Assembly (NCBI GenBank): GCA_004431415.1
Contig: QPMI01000643.1
Span: 1-64,000, forward strand
Source of the DNA: Cyanophora paradoxa CCMP329
Lineage: Eukaryota > Plantae > Glaucophyta
DNA length: 64,000 nucleotides
Direction: 5' to 3'
Shown piece by piece: positions 39,901-48,704 of the stretch (its first letter is position 1; each line of letters opens with the position of its first letter). The notes under the pieces are model-generated. The model did no database searches. It had not been told where the DNA came from and saw only the letters and a program-made list of their open reading frames with translations. The translations under genes were made by a program, and so were the position numbers.

Positions 39901-42520
39901 GAGCAGGAGCGACTGGGTGGCGGGCCGCACGGCGCCATCAGCACCGGACCTGACACCGACGGTTCGGTCGGCAACGAATGTGACATTTACGATTGCGTCG
40001 CCGGATGCGACGTCGCCGCCGCTGTCGATCGAGCACGTCCAGGCAACAGCCGTGCTCCGGAACGGCACAGCGGTTGGAGCCTGCTCGCGGTCGGGAGCTG
40101 TGACCGAGTGCACGGACACGGGGGTGTATCCCGGCTTGGTGTACGTGTACACGGTGCAGTACAAGGGGCTCGGCGTGGGCGGGACGGTCCTGGAGAGCAC
40201 AGGCGACGAGCACTCGCTGTCGGGCGTCTCGCAGCTGACGGTGAAGACTGGCATTCCTCTGCCTCCTAAGCTTTCATTGCTGGTTGCATCACCGACGTCG
40301 GATACAGTTTCGATTGCTTATCCGGCAGACGGAAGCTTCTCCACTATCCTTTGGACTGTCGTCAGTCGTGGCGATGGATTTGTTCTTCCAAATGTGCCGA
40401 CGACTATGGACTTCTTCTTCAATACAAACCGTGCTCCCGGATCGCTTGACAATTATACAGCTGTGTTTGTCACTCGTGGTCTCAGCTCGGAGGTCTCGAA
40501 CTCGATCATTGTTCAACATCCTCCGCCTGCTCCCCCCATCCTATCACCTCTGACTGTTGAGATCCCTGGACGTGCAACGACTTTGCGATTCCTCATTGCC
40601 CTGCCAAAGGATGCTGCCGTCTCTCTGCTTCCCTGGATCACTGAAGTCGTTGTGGCCCGTGATGGGACTGAGATTGCGCGTGTTGTCGCAAACAGTGACG
40701 TGGTCGCTTTCACTGATTCTGACCTGAAGCCCGACACAACATATACGTACAAGGCGAAGGTGATAACGGAACTTGCCAGTTCAGAATACTCTTCTGGTCT
40801 CTTCTTGAAGACCGAAAAGGCAGGACAGCCTGTGGTCTTCACAGTCGAGACTCTTAACACGACAGCCCTGAGAGTCACTGTCGCAGAAATCCCTCCGGCC
40901 GATTTTTCGACTGTACACGTTGACACTGTCCGAATTCGTTATTCCCGTGACAACAACATCTTCCTCCTTGAGAGCAAGAAGAACGCCGACGAGAACGCAG
41001 TTGGCTTTACTGTGGTTGGTCTGCGTCCCGGAGGATACTACACGTTTACTGCAGATTACACTACTGTCGACTCGAATGGCACACGTGGCGGCGATTCTAG
41101 CATGAGTGACCACGTGGGTGGGCGGACAGTCCCAGCTCCTCCAGTCCTTTCCCTTCTGTCGTCGGACACTTACTCTTTGACGCGCTCAACAAACATAGTC
41201 GTGAGGGTCGCAGCTCCGCAGTGCATTATCAGCAGCGAATGCGAGCTGACTGACGCGACGAGCGTGAGACTGTTCCGAGATCCGACATGGATTGATAGAG
41301 CTTATCGGGATATTTTCAGTGGAGCACATCCTCCAATCGGGGACTTCAAAGACGATGTGCACGTTTTGCCAGGGCAACTTTACACATACCGCGCTGTCTT
41401 CACCACTGGAGCGGCCACAGACAATAAACTCTCGGACGCGTCGAATTCCCTGTCCGTGACTGCAGCCCCGTTTAAGCCCAAAGTTATTCGCGTCAATGCA
41501 ACATCCTCGTCAATTAGTGTCGTTACACTCCCGTGGGATGTCGCTGCCACTGGTTGCGACGGTGTCAATGGCACGGAAGTTTACCGCAACGGGACCCTCG
41601 TTGCCACACTCGAGGCGGGGGTAGACACTTGGACGGATTCTGAATGTTTTCCTGGTCATTTGTACGAGTACACCGCGCTGTATACGACGCGAAACGCTCT
41701 CGTTCGAGTCGTTTCTGAATTATCAGATCCGGCCTCGCTCTGGTCTGCTGTACTGCCACCTTCTTTGACTTTGCTTGGGAACTCAACGGATCCGTCGTTC
41801 AGCTTCTTTGTACCGTACCCCAATGATGGCAGTGCTGCGCCTATTCTGACGACCCGCTGCACACGCAACGATAGCGCCATCTTACCGATACTCGGGCGAG
41901 ACGAGACAGTTCTGACAGACCTCAAGAACGGTCTTCTCTTTGCGCACACGTACTGCTACGAGTGCCTGTTCACCGGGCTTGGCGGTGTGGATGCGAGTGG
42001 AATTGTCGAACCAACCTCTGGTGACGCTTCCGAACGTATCTGCGTTACAACCCGTCCTTCGAAACCGTCTATCTCTGGGAAGGCGCTCAACGAAACTGCA
42101 GTTGAGCTCACTGTGGTGATTGAGGATGAGGAAAGCAAAGACCTGACAGACATAGTTGCTATTTTCTTCAAGAACATGGACACTGGCAACCAGACTACAT
42201 TCCACGTGATGAAGTCCGAAAACTTGACGGTTGTTGTGTATCAGTTCACTCTGAGACATGTGAACGTGGACCCTGATGTAACCTACGAATTCAAGGCACA
42301 GCTGCTCTCGAGTGCGGGGCCGTCGGACTGGTCCGATCTAAGTTCCGTTACCACGCCGCCAGGGGACGCTCCTGTCATCCAAATACCCGACTACATCTCT
42401 GCTACAGCGCTTTCGTTCGGCATTGCAATCCCAGAGGAGCTATCAAGCGTCGTGGAGTCAATCGTGGTTCTGCGAAACGGTTCAAGGGTTGGATCGCTTG
42501 GATCGACAGAGCGATACTTA
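21901..42520 (+). CDS. Host gene: very large extracellular protein with a REJ/PKD-like region followed by dozens of fibronectin type III-like domains; spliced; cut at its 3' side by PLV-B
   Basis: REJ-like GGLVVTPNNGTAM..TLFTLTAPGW...PLEYKF at ~23380-23500. Repeated YRxG...DxxLxPGxxYxY...SxxS...TxP FN3 pattern with many NxS/T sequons. GT-AG introns at about 25480-25534, 26949-27018, 29981-30041 and 30632-30699. Confidence 0.82.
31386..40248 (+). repeat. Near-identical coding tandem repeat, 3.3 x 2,658 bp (886 codons)
   Basis: ccgcctgacaggccggtg at 31386, 34042, 36698 and 39356. Copies 1 and 2 are each 2 nt short because of single-base homopolymer losses. Confidence 0.97.
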
Positions 42521-42594
42521 CACATAGGGATACCCCTGATCCAAGCCCTCCGGCCTTCGGCCTACAGGCTTGGATCAGGGGTATCCCTATGTGT
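42520..42594. other. Terminal hairpin: perfect 28-bp stem, 19-nt loop with an internal ggccttcggcc mini-stem
   Basis: acacatagggatacccctgatccaagcc (42520-42547) is the exact reverse complement of 42567-42594. Confidence 0.95.
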
Positions 42595-42716
42595 GCGCGT
42601 TTCAGGTACTAGGGTAGTAAGCATTTATTTCAGGTCTTAGGGTATTAATCATGTCTTTTTGGCACCAGTATGTTGGCCGCCTCTGGGGTATTAGAAGCTT
42701 GGATTCGGCACCAATT

Positions 42717-42830
42717 AGGCAGGAGAGGCAGGAGGGTTATTTGTAAACTTTCCTAAGGAATCCCCTCTTGTGTGGGATTTTACATATAACCCTCCTGCCT
42801 CTCCTGCCTCTCTTGCCTCTCCTGCCCCTC
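42717..42830. repeat. Subterminal inverted repeat (31 bp, 1 mismatch) built from 9-bp cctgcctct units
   Basis: 42717-42747 pairs with 42779-42809; extra 9-mers run to 42830; lies immediately 3' of the AdoMetDC stop. Confidence 0.85.
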
Positions 42831-42832
42831 TC

Positions 42833-43243
42833 TTAAACCTCAAATCTCCTCTTCTCATGGTGTAATCTCTTTTTGATCACTGCCCCAAATCCAATAGCAT
42901 ATTTGTTTATCTCCTCCTCCAGCTCAAAAGCAATTAAACTTGTATTCCTTTCTGCCTGTTTTCCACAGCTGAATATATCTATTGCCAACATGCCTTGATC
43001 ACTGTAGCAATGAGCAGAGCAATGGCTTTCATCTAATAATAATACTTGGGCAAATCCAGGGGGTGATTTGGTGCCATCAAAAATCTCAGCATGTTTGTGG
43101 ACAACCTGTATTCCATATTTCTTGATGATGTCTTCACTGACAGTCATGAGCCATTTAGAGAGCCCCACATGGTCGCTAATTGGTTGGCTGAATTGGAAAT
43201 CGAGCATCACATGGTAACCTCTGGCAAGCATTTTGAATACCAA
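42833..43243 (-). CDS. speD: S-adenosylmethionine decarboxylase proenzyme, short prokaryote-type
   Basis: GYHVMLD...SPPGFAQVLLLDESHCSAHCYSDQGMLAIDIFSCG; intact 136 aa. Confidence 0.92.
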   Translation of the reverse strand: MVFKMLARGYHVMLDFQFSQPISDHVGLSKWLMTVSEDIIKKYGIQVVHKHAEIFDGTKSPPGFAQVLLLDESHCSAHCYSDQGMLAIDIFSCGKQAERNTSLIAFELEEEINKYAIGFGAVIKKRLHHEKRRFEV

Positions 43244-43278
43244 TAGCTAAGAAAAAACAATAATGTGTAACAGATGTC

Positions 43279-44649
43279 TCATCCTGCCCTCCTCCTTGAT
43301 CTCGTGGAAATTGCTGGAGCTTCATAGGTCTCCTTTGAATTCGAGAAATCTCTATACCACCTTACTGCCTCTGCTCCCCCTGCTAATCTCTCTGTTCCCG
43401 CCACCCTCAATCTCTCCAACTCTCTCCCTTGTTTCTTCTTCTTCCCTGCTCTGTCCTCCAATAATGGTTTATCTGGCACATTTGGAGCCCTCTCAATCCC
43501 TTCTCTGGCCAAAAGTCGCTCTGTTCTGGCCTCTTTCTTTGCCTCTTCAATGACATTTATTGATGGCGCCTCCAAGAACTCCACGGTTTCCACTTTCTGT
43601 AATTCATAGTGGGCATAAAGTCGATCAATCATTTTTCCGGCAATGTCCCTCAATCTAAACTTGAACCCCTCCACTCCTTCTATTGTAAATATTTCGCGGC
43701 TCCAATTATTGCCCTGCTTGGCAAATGGACCCTTTTCTATTTTAGTTCTCACGTGGCTCCCTGCTGGATAGTCCTTTAGATATTCAATTGACTTCATGAA
43801 TTTCTCGTTTTCTTTTGCGAGTATGAGGGGAACATGTACCTCTGTGGTCTCTGCTGGTTTCATCCCTGTTGCTGAGTGGATGGTATTATTGTAGTTGTAG
43901 GCAAAATCTTGGAGCTTGTCGAAAAACTTTACAGTATTATTCGCTATACAATACGAGTTAATTAGCTTCTTTATTGTGCGATTAAAGGCTTCTATTCGGC
44001 CTTGGCTATTGTGATCTCCAACCTGCGAAACTTGGTGCTCAATCATCTGGGTTTCTAAATGGTCTTTAAATACCTTGTTCAGGAATTCGCTCCCAGCATC
44101 ACTTTGTATCTTCACAATTGGACGAGGGACTTGTTGCTCAAGCTCCTTAAATGCGTTCAATGTGCTTTCTGCTGTCTTTCCCCTCATGGGAATTATAAAG
44201 CCCAGTCTGGTGGTGTTTTCTACAGCTGTGAGGAATGTGTTGTAGCCTTGATTCTGTTTGCTGTACGAAGGATAAAAGATTAGGTCTATGGCATAGCAGT
44301 CGAGTGGCTGTCTTATTGGGATATAGGCAGTCTTCTTGGCAGATGGGAGGGGTTTATTTATCTGGTTGATTTCTTGGGCATCATAGAATCTACGGATTGT
44401 CTTTCTTGGCACATCTGGAAGCTCTTTGGCCAATGAAGCAAGGCCTTTAAATCCTACCTTGGTGTCATAGAATGTCCTTGCTAAGGGATCCAAGTGGGGC
44501 ACAGCAATGGCAGTTGGGATATCCGCAGGAACTAAAGCTTTGAGGTCACTCTTTTTCTGAATGCGACCCCCTCTCTCCTCTTGAGGGATTGGGATTGGCA
44601 ATATACTCACATCGTACTCTGTTTGTCTGCGTGTGATCTTTGATGACAT
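43279..44649 (-). CDS. RVE (DDE) integrase
   Basis: Catalytic triad in YAIDL, IQSDAGSEF and GRIEAFNRTIK; YNNTIHSATGMKP; intact 456 aa. Confidence 0.95.
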   Translation of the reverse strand: MSSKITRRQTEYDVSILPIPIPQEERGGRIQKKSDLKALVPADIPTAIAVPHLDPLARTFYDTKVGFKGLASLAKELPDVPRKTIRRFYDAQEINQINKPLPSAKKTAYIPIRQPLDCYAIDLIFYPSYSKQNQGYNTFLTAVENTTRLGFIIPMRGKTAESTLNAFKELEQQVPRPIVKIQSDAGSEFLNKVFKDHLETQMIEHQVSQVGDHNSQGRIEAFNRTIKKLINSYCIANNTVKFFDKLQDFAYNYNNTIHSATGMKPAETTEVHVPLILAKENEKFMKSIEYLKDYPAGSHVRTKIEKGPFAKQGNNWSREIFTIEGVEGFKFRLRDIAGKMIDRLYAHYELQKVETVEFLEAPSINVIEEAKKEARTERLLAREGIERAPNVPDKPLLEDRAGKKKKQGRELERLRVAGTERLAGGAEAVRWYRDFSNSKETYEAPAISTRSRRRAG

Positions 44650-44660
44650 CTATATTGGGA

Positions 44661-47600
44661 TTAGAAAGCAATCTTTGACATCTTCACATTGAAGGTCTCA
44701 TTTTCAAGCTTCTTTTGGACAGTCATTTCGATTTGCTTGGGTTTTTGGTGGAGCACATGGTCTTTATAATCTTGGAAAGACAGATCTGTTTGAATGGTCT
44801 CCTTACAAACACCTGCCAGCTTTTTGATTTCCTCATCATCTGTTTTAATGCTGTAGCATTTCGGCCTCACACCAGCATATTCAGTAATGGTTCTGCCCTC
44901 AAACTCATCTTTGAACTTGCCAAGCTCTGTGGGGTGGGTGTCAATGTCTTGTAGGTCTTTTGCTATAGTTTTCGAATTTATTTGAAGGCAAAGCGAATCT
45001 GTATCAGTAAAAAGCAGTTTACAGTCTGGCCATTTCCGCTTGATGGTGTTATAATAATAATCAAATAGGCGCAGCTTGGCAAGATCTAAAACAACTGCCC
45101 CAATTGCTATGGGCTTATCTAACTTGACATCTTTTTGTAGCATTTCGAAGGCTACTGCTGAATCGCTTAGTCTTGTTTCTGCTTTGAGTAGGGGCGATCT
45201 GGCGTATTTCATAAATTGCTTTTCGTTGGTGGCAATCTTGACATTAGACCTTCCTCTCACTTTCTCAATGGTTTTGCCAAAAAGGCTATTGTTCATGATC
45301 TTAAAGAAGTCCTTTTCGGGTTTGGAAGGGGCTGCTTTGCGGTTTTGGGCATTGGATTCGACGTAAGGCTTCATAAAGGCAGCCTGAGTAAATGTTAGCA
45401 CCCTGTGGATTTTGGTGACCTTTAAGCCTTGCGCTACCATGAATTGGAGCAAAGGTTTCGACACCACATAATTACAAATGTCTTCGCAGGCTGCTTGTAG
45501 TCCATCCTCTGCTCTCTTGATAACAAGAGGTAGCTCTTTGTGGAGTTGATGGAGGTGCTGGGGATAATGGATGTCAACTTCTAAGATGGCCCCCTCTGCT
45601 GATGACAGGTCGTAATTTGAGGGTTCTGGGTGCCATTGGAAATTCGAGAGGGGTAGCTTTTGGGATAGGGCATATCCATATAGGTTATTGGCATCCAAAT
45701 ATATAATGTGGCTGTCCCTTTCCTTTTTGGCATATTTATGATTCATAATCGAAAGGCCTCCCCTGATCATGCCTTCAACCATGTTGTACATATCAAGGTT
45801 GGAAAGAAGCTCGATTTTAGGCTTGGTAATAGATAGCATGCTGTCCCACGAAAGCCCTGGACTTGAGACATAGTGGGCAGCATCCATCCCAAAAGTTTTG
45901 TGTGATTTCTGGCGGAAAAGCTGGAACTTTTCCATTAATCCTTCCACGTTCTGGACGCCATAATCAATAAAGTTTTTGATGTCAATGAATTTAAAGCAAC
46001 CCCAAGTGATCGACATGTAGTTGTCAAACGATTTTGCGAGGACTTCCACCCTTTTTTCGGGATTTAAGGCGACTGCCTTGAATATCTGCGTTCCAGATAG
46101 GGACAGATCATTGGTCACTATGGGAATCTTGGTGAGATTGCTGGTGCGTCTGTGGAGATTACATTTGCGACATGCTGTGCCTACAAAATCGCCAGTTTGG
46201 TGGTCGTGATCCCTCACTTTATAATTGTCTTGGGTGAAATCACCTTGGCAGATGTAGCAGGTTTTAGCAAGGTAATGGGTACGTTTCTGCTCTTTGGTCA
46301 GTGACATTGGGATGTTGGTAAATAGGGCTTTGAATAGCTCTGGGGCTGTGCTGTCGAGGGTACTCAGGAGCTCAAAGATGTTGGAGTGGGTTTTAGTGAG
46401 TACTACTCTATTATTATGAAGAGCTGTCAGTGAGATTGATTTGATCTTGAACATACCAGAAATATCTGTTTCATAATCGAAATAGCAATAGGCAATCACG
46501 GGGAGGAATACAGTCTTTGAGAGATGTTTAAGACCAAATTCAATGAATGTGGGTTGTTTTGGGGTCTCTCCAGCACTTGTCTTCCAATCCACACAACGTT
46601 TGCTTTGAATGTGGGATTGAAGCTTCTCCTCAGTCTTGAAGTGGTTGGAACAGGTTTTACAGAAATGGAGTCGCTGCTTATCATTTTTAGCTAAGACTCT
46701 GGACATGCTGAATATTGTGGTATAATGACTGTTACCATTTTCGTCTGTAATTAGCAGCAGATCCACTTGGTGTTTCCTGTTCCTTGAGGAGCTGTTGTGG
46801 AGTAGATTAATTTCTTCTGTAGAGTTAGAGGGGTCGTAAATATTAACAGAGATTGCTGGATTGAGATTTTCAAAGAGATCAATAGTATCAGCATCTGCCT
46901 TTACAGGAAACTCAATGCCCTCGAAATTTAGTTCTTTTTTGAACCACCTCCTGTATTGGGAAGTCTCATTGCGCTTGTGGCTATTTACTTCGTCCTTGTG
47001 AATATAAGAAAGGATAGCATACTCAAAGCATCTATTGTCCTTGTTATTAACATTGACAATGGCTCGTTTATTTTTGAGCCACTCTGGGAGTGGGATAAAA
47101 GCACCTCCTGAGATGGGTTTAAAGGACAGAACAATCACTCTCAAAGCCTCAATGCTTTGGAGTTTATAGCTGTCTGTGACATTAATTTGCGACTGGCATT
47201 CCTTAGCCAATTTCGCAGTTTCTTTAGTGAGGGTTCGAGATCTTGTCATGATAGCATAGGTGCTGTAAATGTGCTTGGTAATAAAGTCTCTCGAATTGTT
47301 TGCTTTTGAAAAGCGACAGACAAACGTAAAGCGAGTTTTAATCGACATCTGTGAATTGATGGCATCTTGGAGCCTTGTGTGGAGTTCCTCAGAGTAGGTG
47401 TCTATAAACTCTTGAGTGGTCAGGATCTGGTGGTGAGCCCTGATGGTAAAATCAATGTATTTATTATTAAGAGCACGATGTTCATTTATTAAGGTAGTGT
47501 ATTCATCTCCTCTGACTTGAGTTGTGGTAGTTTGTTCGACTTGGATTTGGCCAAGGCGATCAGTCTCATCAAGGGTCTCGATTTTCCCTAATAGCTCTCG

Positions 47601-47756
47601 ATTGAGAGCTTGAAGCCCCTTGAGCTTCTTGTTGGTCTGTTTAATATAAGATTCATATTCACTTTCACTGATGGAGTGATTGGCCAGTAAGAACGCCAGA
47701 TTCCCGAGAATCTTGTCCTGGAGCTCCTTAATTTGGTAGTGGCTGGGGCGGGGCAT
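44661..47756 (-). CDS. polB: Protein-primed family B DNA polymerase (Polinton type, EndoVII-like Zn insert, degenerate exonuclease)
   Basis: YLDANNLYG, KIMNNSLFGKT, FTDTDSL and PKCY; CYIC..VRDHDH.TG....ACRKCN insert; N-terminal DNRCF...HY. Confidence 0.93.
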   Translation of the reverse strand: MPRPSHYQIKELQDKILGNLAFLLANHSISESEYESYIKQTNKKLKGLQALNRELLGKIETLDETDRLGQIQVEQTTTTQVRGDEYTTLINEHRALNNKYIDFTIRAHHQILTTQEFIDTYSEELHTRLQDAINSQMSIKTRFTFVCRFSKANNSRDFITKHIYSTYAIMTRSRTLTKETAKLAKECQSQINVTDSYKLQSIEALRVIVLSFKPISGGAFIPLPEWLKNKRAIVNVNNKDNRCFEYAILSYIHKDEVNSHKRNETSQYRRWFKKELNFEGIEFPVKADADTIDLFENLNPAISVNIYDPSNSTEEINLLHNSSSRNRKHQVDLLLITDENGNSHYTTIFSMSRVLAKNDKQRLHFCKTCSNHFKTEEKLQSHIQSKRCVDWKTSAGETPKQPTFIEFGLKHLSKTVFLPVIAYCYFDYETDISGMFKIKSISLTALHNNRVVLTKTHSNIFELLSTLDSTAPELFKALFTNIPMSLTKEQKRTHYLAKTCYICQGDFTQDNYKVRDHDHQTGDFVGTACRKCNLHRRTSNLTKIPIVTNDLSLSGTQIFKAVALNPEKRVEVLAKSFDNYMSITWGCFKFIDIKNFIDYGVQNVEGLMEKFQLFRQKSHKTFGMDAAHYVSSPGLSWDSMLSITKPKIELLSNLDMYNMVEGMIRGGLSIMNHKYAKKERDSHIIYLDANNLYGYALSQKLPLSNFQWHPEPSNYDLSSAEGAILEVDIHYPQHLHQLHKELPLVIKRAEDGLQAACEDICNYVVSKPLLQFMVAQGLKVTKIHRVLTFTQAAFMKPYVESNAQNRKAAPSKPEKDFFKIMNNSLFGKTIEKVRGRSNVKIATNEKQFMKYARSPLLKAETRLSDSAVAFEMLQKDVKLDKPIAIGAVVLDLAKLRLFDYYYNTIKRKWPDCKLLFTDTDSLCLQINSKTIAKDLQDIDTHPTELGKFKDEFEGRTITEYAGVRPKCYSIKTDDEEIKKLAGVCKETIQTDLSFQDYKDHVLHQKPKQIEMTVQKKLENETFNVKMSKIAF

Positions 47757-47860
47757 GGTTGTGGGGCTGTATTCTATATAGGGAACATTTTATTTCTTTA
47801 AGTGCTGGTATAGTTACTACTTAAAGATTATTTTCTCTACTATATTCAAAGGAGATCAAG
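47757..47860. promoter_or_regulatory. Divergent promoter with back-to-back ACTTAAAG motifs
   Basis: ACTTAAAG on minus (47796-47803) and plus (47819-47826), 47 and 42 nt before the two ATGs. The motif recurs before 12075, 12660, 48415 and 48705. Confidence 0.6.
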
Positions 47861-48361
47861 ATGATTGTCACAATGGATGCTCGAATTCTCACGATTGACA
47901 CCACTGAAGTGGCTGCTGTCCAATCCAAGAATGAGGAGGCTATTAAACAAGCTGTCTCACGATGTATCATGGAGGGCACTGACCAGTCAATAGCTGAAGT
48001 TGCCCGTCTGGCTCTTAGTCACAAGGTGCTTTACAGAATCCCTGAAGGTAAAAAACAAGGACTATGGTATTTTCGGGTTGGTAACTCCTCTACATGGCAG
48101 TATGGTGAAGGGTCAAATCCAATTATCAAACTCTTGTGGAGTGATGTCAAGAATATCTTTGTTCAAAAGAGCAAAGAGCTCAGAAACTCATTATTTAAAC
48201 ATGCTTCTGGGGACATAAATTTCTGTGATTTGGGGGAGGTTCATTGGATTAATCAGATGATTACTCAATGTGGCAAGATTGAGAAGAGGCTGAGTAACTG
48301 GGTGCCCACCCAAAAAATAGTACGCGCATGTAAGCTATCCCTCCAACGTTTTGAAGAGTGA
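47861..48361 (+). CDS. Hypothetical protein resembling a stand-alone D5 N-terminal-like domain
   Basis: IAEVA...LWYF....W...I..L.N....KIV..CK pattern recalls the pre-helicase region of D5-like proteins; judged by eye only. Confidence 0.4.
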   Translation: MIVTMDARILTIDTTEVAAVQSKNEEAIKQAVSRCIMEGTDQSIAEVARLALSHKVLYRIPEGKKQGLWYFRVGNSSTWQYGEGSNPIIKLLWSDVKNIFVQKSKELRNSLFKHASGDINFCDLGEVHWINQMITQCGKIEKRLSNWVPTQKIVRACKLSLQRFEE

Positions 48362-48414
48362 AATCTACTTAAAAAGAAATCTCAACTATACTATAAGAGG
48401 AAACGCATCAAGCA

Positions 48415-48606
48415 ATGGCATACACAAAGCAAATGAGATACATCCAACGCAGGATTCAAAATGACCCAGAGTTTCGAGAGCTTCACAAGAAATATGTAAG
48501 GGTTAGTACGTACAGAGCAGGCGCTTTATTGTGTATCAGGTATTTGTTTGAAGAGGCTGTTCCTGACCGGAGGGGGCGGCCAAGGAAGCGAAATCCCTAT
48601 GTATGA
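48415..48606 (+). CDS. Small basic AT-hook protein
   Basis: IQNDPEFRE plus RRGRPRK; own ACTTAAA motif 48 nt upstream. Confidence 0.65.
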   Translation: MAYTKQMRYIQRRIQNDPEFRELHKKYVRVSTYRAGALLCIRYLFEEAVPDRRGRPRKRNPYV

Positions 48607-48704
48607 GGGTGGGGGGTCCGAAAAAATTGATTGGAGTTACTCCTTTTTCTGAAAAGTACTTAAGGGTATAGTTCACTGAAATAATTATCTCACCCTATTA
48701 TAGA

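Noticed and set aside
31383-40269. Many long alternative-frame and antisense ORFs in the repeat
   Set aside because: Shadow ORFs of GC-rich, biased coding sequence; Arg/Gly/Ala-rich with no motifs.
42521-42640. C-terminus HIGIPLIQAL...IYFRS of the 2229-aa ORF as a real protein end
   Set aside because: It is read-through into the viral terminal hairpin.
21700-42830. A and B as two arms of one element or an assembly duplication
   Set aside because: The orthologous proteins are clearly diverged, the replicases differ, and the two junction sequences share no similarity.
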